A stretch of 18,992 bases of DNA from the NCBI GenBank assembly GCA_030141605.1, contig JAQGDQ010002490.1:1-18992 (forward strand), in the 5' to 3' direction. The position numbers and the translations under genes are program-made. Every line of letters begins with the position of its first letter. Position 1 is the stretch's first letter. Below the pieces are notes generated by a model. That model did not search any database. It was not told the origin of the DNA and saw only the letters and a program-made list of their open reading frames with translations. Source of the DNA: Tubiluchus corallicola. Taxonomy: Eukaryota > Animalia > Priapulida. Positions 15,398 to 18,992 of this stretch are shown in pieces.

Positions 15398-16787
15398 CAA
15401 AACTTTATTACTGATTTTAGTTTGGGCTTTTCTTGCTCCTAATGTCTCTATTGCACAATATAATCTTGATGAATGCACTATTAAGATAAAAGTACACAAC
15501 TTTGACGAAAACCAAATATACTTTGGATATATATATGCTGGACAACAGTACATACAAGATAGCTTGAAAGTAAAAGATGAGAATGGTTATTTTGTTTTCT
15601 ATGATAAAAATGGAATAGATGAAGGGTTATATTTTATCTATTTTCCCGAAAAAATATATTTTGAATTTATTGGGCATAATGGCAATATGGTATTAGAGAC
15701 AGAATTAGAAAACTTGGTTCAAGGGTTAAAGGTAACAGGTTCTCCTCAAAACGAAGGCTTTAAAAATTTCAGATTGGAGCTAGCCAATAAACGAAAAAAG
15801 ACACAAAGCATAGAAGATCAATTGTCAAAAATACAACATAAGGATTCTATCAAAATGCTCCAAAATGAAATAAATGAACTAGAACAAAAAAACACTCGTT
15901 TGAAAGTCAAATATCTTAATCAATACAAACACACTTTTTTAGAACTGCTAATAAAGGCAACAATGCAAATTGATATACCTGAAAGCATTCGCCAGCAAGG
16001 AGAAGAAAAAGAACACAAATATTTTAAGGCGCACTATTTTGATAATTATAATTTTTCAGATAAAAGAACACTCCGTACCCCTGTATTCCATGACAATTTG
16101 ATATACTATTTAGAAAAACTTACTGTTCAAAATATTGATTCAATAAAAAAATCCGTAGACTATATTATGGGAAAATGCGATCAGAACCCAGATATTTTTC
16201 GCTTTTGCTTAACAAAATTGTCTCAAAAATATGAAAGTTCTAATATTATGGGAATGGATGCAATATTTGTATATTTAGCTGAAAAATATTATTTAAGTGG
16301 TCAAGCATATTGGGCAAATGCCGATGTTATAAAAAGCATTAGGCAAAGAGTAACATTAAGCTACCCTCTTATTGGAGATAAAGCCCCTGATTTTAAAGCA
16401 CAAAATGCAAAAGGAGAGGAAGTTTCTTTGAAAGAGGTGCTTTCCAAAACAACAATTTTGCTTTTATATAGCCCTACTTGTTCGCATTGTGGAGAAACTA
16501 TAACTAAATTAACCACACTTTATGACGAAATTAGTTATAGGCAAGTAAATATAATAGGAATATGCTTAGACAATGAAAAAGATGCATGGATGGAATGTAA
16601 ACAAAAATACCAACAACCATGGCAAGAGCTAATAGATACAACTAATCATGAAGTAACCTATAGCTATTCAGTAAACCAAGTGCCCAAAATTTATATCATA
16701 GGTGAAGATAAGAAAATAATAGCAAAAAATCTTGGAGTAGGACAAATAGAGAGTTTTTTAGATTTATATTTTAAAAACAAAAGATAG
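15384..16787 (+). CDS. Periplasmic thioredoxin-fold redoxin (TlpA/AhpC-TSA C-terminal domain; DUF5106-like middle domain)
   Basis: 467 aa. Signal peptide ending SIA|Q; YFKAHYFDN...LRTPVF...YESSNIMGMDAIFV; IGDKAPDF...LLYSPTCSHCG (CxxC)...YSVNQVPKIYII (cis-Pro loop). Overlaps the nfeD end by 14 bp. Confidence 0.85.
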   Translation: MKKFSKTLLLILVWAFLAPNVSIAQYNLDECTIKIKVHNFDENQIYFGYIYAGQQYIQDSLKVKDENGYFVFYDKNGIDEGLYFIYFPEKIYFEFIGHNGNMVLETELENLVQGLKVTGSPQNEGFKNFRLELANKRKKTQSIEDQLSKIQHKDSIKMLQNEINELEQKNTRLKVKYLNQYKHTFLELLIKATMQIDIPESIRQQGEEKEHKYFKAHYFDNYNFSDKRTLRTPVFHDNLIYYLEKLTVQNIDSIKKSVDYIMGKCDQNPDIFRFCLTKLSQKYESSNIMGMDAIFVYLAEKYYLSGQAYWANADVIKSIRQRVTLSYPLIGDKAPDFKAQNAKGEEVSLKEVLSKTTILLLYSPTCSHCGETITKLTTLYDEISYRQVNIIGICLDNEKDAWMECKQKYQQPWQELIDTTNHEVTYSYSVNQVPKIYIIGEDKKIIAKNLGVGQIESFLDLYFKNKR

Positions 16788-16817
16788 GGTCAATGTGTCT
16801 ATATAAGCTTAGAAATA

Positions 16818-16848
16818 TTGACTTAACAACCTTTTATTTTATATTAGC
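16818..16848 (+). promoter_or_regulatory. Candidate housekeeping promoter for coaX (TTG-N19-TATATTAG)
   Basis: TTG 16818-16820, 19-bp spacer, TATATTAGC 16840-16848 (one mismatch to TAnnTTTG), about 10 bp before the ATG. Confidence 0.4.
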
Positions 16849-16857
16849 AGTGTCAAG

Positions 16858-17589
16858 ATGAGTGGTGTTAATGCAGCTATAGATATAGGAAATACCAATG
16901 CTAAAATAGGCCTCTTTCAACAAGAAAAATTATTGAAAGTTGTAACTATTGACAAAGAAAAAAATATCCTCAAAGCTCTTTGGCAAGAAAAAGCAACAAT
17001 AAGCAACATCATTATAAGTAATGTGTCGAAAAAAGACCACCCACAGATAGAAGCCATAAAGAAACACTATAAACAAACCATAGAATTAAACCACACCACC
17101 CCTTTACCAATTAAACATAAATATAAGAGCTTTCATACATTAGGAGTAGATAGGTTGGCAAATGCCGTTGGAGGGTATGTGCTTGCTAACAAAAACAACA
17201 CTCTTATAATAGATATAGGTACTTGCATAACATATGATTTTGTTACACAAGATGGAGTCTACTTAGGTGGTGGCATTAGCCCAGGCATTACAATAAGATT
17301 AAAATCTTTACACACATTTACATCACAATTGCCTCTCATAAGCAAAAAATCGTACAATGATATTATAGGTAATGACACTGAAACTTCTATTTTAAGTGGC
17401 ATTTTCAATGGAGTGTTATTTGAAATAGATGGCACAATCGCTTCATATATAGAAAAATATGGACCATTAAAAATATTTTTATGCGGAGGAGATGCTTTTT
17501 ATTTTGAAAAAAAACTAAAAAAACCCATATTTGCAAGCCATACCCTAACCTTAGTTGGGCTTAACAACATATTGTGCCACAATGTATAA
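16858..17589 (+). CDS. coaX: Type III pantothenate kinase
   Basis: AIDIGNT, TLGVDRLAN, IIDIGTCITYD, YLGGGISPG, LHTFTSQLP and LCGGDA. Confidence 0.95.
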   Translation: MSGVNAAIDIGNTNAKIGLFQQEKLLKVVTIDKEKNILKALWQEKATISNIIISNVSKKDHPQIEAIKKHYKQTIELNHTTPLPIKHKYKSFHTLGVDRLANAVGGYVLANKNNTLIIDIGTCITYDFVTQDGVYLGGGISPGITIRLKSLHTFTSQLPLISKKSYNDIIGNDTETSILSGIFNGVLFEIDGTIASYIEKYGPLKIFLCGGDAFYFEKKLKKPIFASHTLTLVGLNNILCHNV

Positions 17590-18916
17590 AAACAAAAGCA
17601 TATTTTCAAAAAGTGTAGCAGTATTCATGTTTTTTTTGTCATTTAATGCATTAGGACAGGCATCTTCAAGCTATTCTATACTTGGAGTAGGCCAGCTGTT
17701 ATCTCCTAATACATTATCTTATAAAAACAAAGCAGATGTTGGCTTGAGTTTTGGAGATAGAAGGAGTATCAACATCCAAAACCCATCTTTGTTAGCCAGA
17801 AACGGCTTTTTATCCTTTGATGCAGCCTTTTCCGCAAATAAAACAACAATTTCTAGCAGTTCAGCATCAGCATCAGCATGGGATGGAGGCATCAATCATT
17901 TTTTGCTTGTCATTCCCGTTAAAAACTATAGACATACTTTAGCAGTTGGGCTATTCCCATACAGCAATGTGAATTATTTTATAAGAACAACAGGAACAGT
18001 AGAGTCAGCAGATCCTTCATACGAAAGCTACGCTACAAGCACATATAACTATACGGGTGATGGGGGCATTAGTGCATTGAGTATCATGAATGGAGTGAGA
18101 GTGTTAGATAGCCTATATGTAGGGGTTAAAGTGAATTTTTTGATGGGCAAAAGACGTGATGAAGTGTATCTTGAACCAACAAGTGACTCATTAACCATTA
18201 CTCATGGCACAGCGTATTATTTAGCAAAAACATATAGAGGCATTGAAGTAGGAGTTTCAGCAGCATACTCATGGAGAGTTAAGGAAAAGACATTGCTGAA
18301 TATAGGAGGGTACTATGACTTCCCTACGAACCTAAATATTGATCAATTAGAGGTGTTTGAAAGTAGGCAACAACAACAAATTCCTCGCTTTTCTGATACA
18401 CTATCAGAGGGCAGGTTTGAAGAGAAAATAAGTACGAAATGGGGAATAGGAGTATCTTATGAAAAAATGGGACATTGGAACATTGGAATAGATGCAAATT
18501 TTCAAAATTGGAGTGGTTATGAACCCTCTATAAGATATGACAACATGAAAGAGAAAGTAAAATATACCACAGGTTACAAGGTGGCAATAGGTGGAGAGTT
18601 TAAACCTAGAGCTAATGTACGTTCTAACTCCCGTTTACAAAGGCTTTTTTTAGAACAAACTTGGTATCAAGCAGGAGTAAAAGCAGAAAAAACACCATAT
18701 AACCTAAATGGAATAGATATACTTAGTATTGGTCTTAATACAGGATTTTCAACTTTCATTAGGGGATTATTTACTTTTAATATGGGATTTGAGTATGGAA
18801 AAATGGGAACGCACCAGAAAAACTTGCTAGAAGAAAATTATTTTACTATCTTGCTTGGCATTAACTTTGGAGACCTTCCATTTAACTCGTATAGGCAACA
18901 AAGAATGTATGATTAG
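17582..18916 (+). CDS. Outer-membrane beta-barrel protein (FadL/TodX-like, conserved Bacteroidota hypothetical)
   Basis: ATG 17582 overlaps the coaX stop (track start 17555 is unlikely). Signal peptide ending ALG|Q; SSYSILGVG, INIQNPS, GLFPYSNVNY, GDGGIS; many amphipathic aromatic strands; EYGKMGT...LLEENYF.I.LGINF. Confidence 0.72.
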   Translation: MYKNKSIFSKSVAVFMFFLSFNALGQASSSYSILGVGQLLSPNTLSYKNKADVGLSFGDRRSINIQNPSLLARNGFLSFDAAFSANKTTISSSSASASAWDGGINHFLLVIPVKNYRHTLAVGLFPYSNVNYFIRTTGTVESADPSYESYATSTYNYTGDGGISALSIMNGVRVLDSLYVGVKVNFLMGKRRDEVYLEPTSDSLTITHGTAYYLAKTYRGIEVGVSAAYSWRVKEKTLLNIGGYYDFPTNLNIDQLEVFESRQQQQIPRFSDTLSEGRFEEKISTKWGIGVSYEKMGHWNIGIDANFQNWSGYEPSIRYDNMKEKVKYTTGYKVAIGGEFKPRANVRSNSRLQRLFLEQTWYQAGVKAEKTPYNLNGIDILSIGLNTGFSTFIRGLFTFNMGFEYGKMGTHQKNLLEENYFTILLGINFGDLPFNSYRQQRMYD

Positions 18917-18935
18917 AAATAAAAAAATTAAAAAC

Positions 18936-18992
18936 ATGAAAAAAGTAATTTATAGCGTAGCTATTATAATAGTGTCATTATTTTTGTTTAAT
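18936..18992 (+). CDS. 5' end of a secreted protein (partial)
   Basis: A-rich leader followed by MKKVIYSVAIIIVSLFLFN..., a signal-peptide-like start open to the window edge. The product cannot be assigned from 19 codons. Confidence 0.65.
   Translation, partial: MKKVIYSVAIIIVSLFLFN

Noticed and set aside
1589-15553. The many short antisense ORFs in the track (e.g. 1589-1840, 2480-2767, 3711-4082, 5030-5305, 8300-8551, 8951-9382, 13519-13878, 14854-15066)
   Set aside because: All lie opposite well-supported genes and show the Ser/Phe/Ile-rich composition expected from reverse-complemented A-rich codons.
1-18992. CRISPR array, tRNA/rRNA, IS, prophage, defence or toxin system
   Set aside because: No spaced direct repeats, RNA-gene signatures, transposase/integrase or nuclease motifs were seen. 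Intergenic gaps are all under about 250 bp and are accounted for by promoters and terminators.

Overview
AT-rich core-genome segment of a Bacteroidota bacterium, probably Cytophagales-like. This assignment is inferred from gene content and order, TAnnTTTG promoter motifs and A-rich starts lacking Shine-Dalgarno sites. The minus strand carries a MazG-like NTP pyrophosphohydrolase and a >=467-aa AmgK/APH-like kinase fused to a RapZ C-terminal domain; this gene runs off the left edge and is absent from the ORF track. The plus strand carries a secreted NTF2-like protein, then miaB - sigma54 activator - lptE - TPR-like gene (split by a frameshift) - secG - groES - groEL - terminator. These are followed by a beta-lactamase-fold serine hydrolase, an ECF sigma / anti-sigma / Spy-CpxP-like trio with its own terminator, long-form nfeD, a CxxC redoxin, coaX, an outer-membrane barrel and the start of a further secreted protein. 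I see no rRNA, tRNA, CRISPR, IS or phage features and no clearly new multi-gene system. The best leads are regulatory or structural: (1) a CIRCE-less groESL leader with a sigma54-like -24/-12 element and TGTCA/TGACA sites, close to a sensor-less sigma54 activator; (2) an ECF-type promoter overlapping the sigma gene's own stop codon; (3) the frameshifted TPR-like gene; (4) the kinase-RapZ fusion. All family calls are from motif recognition, not database searches.
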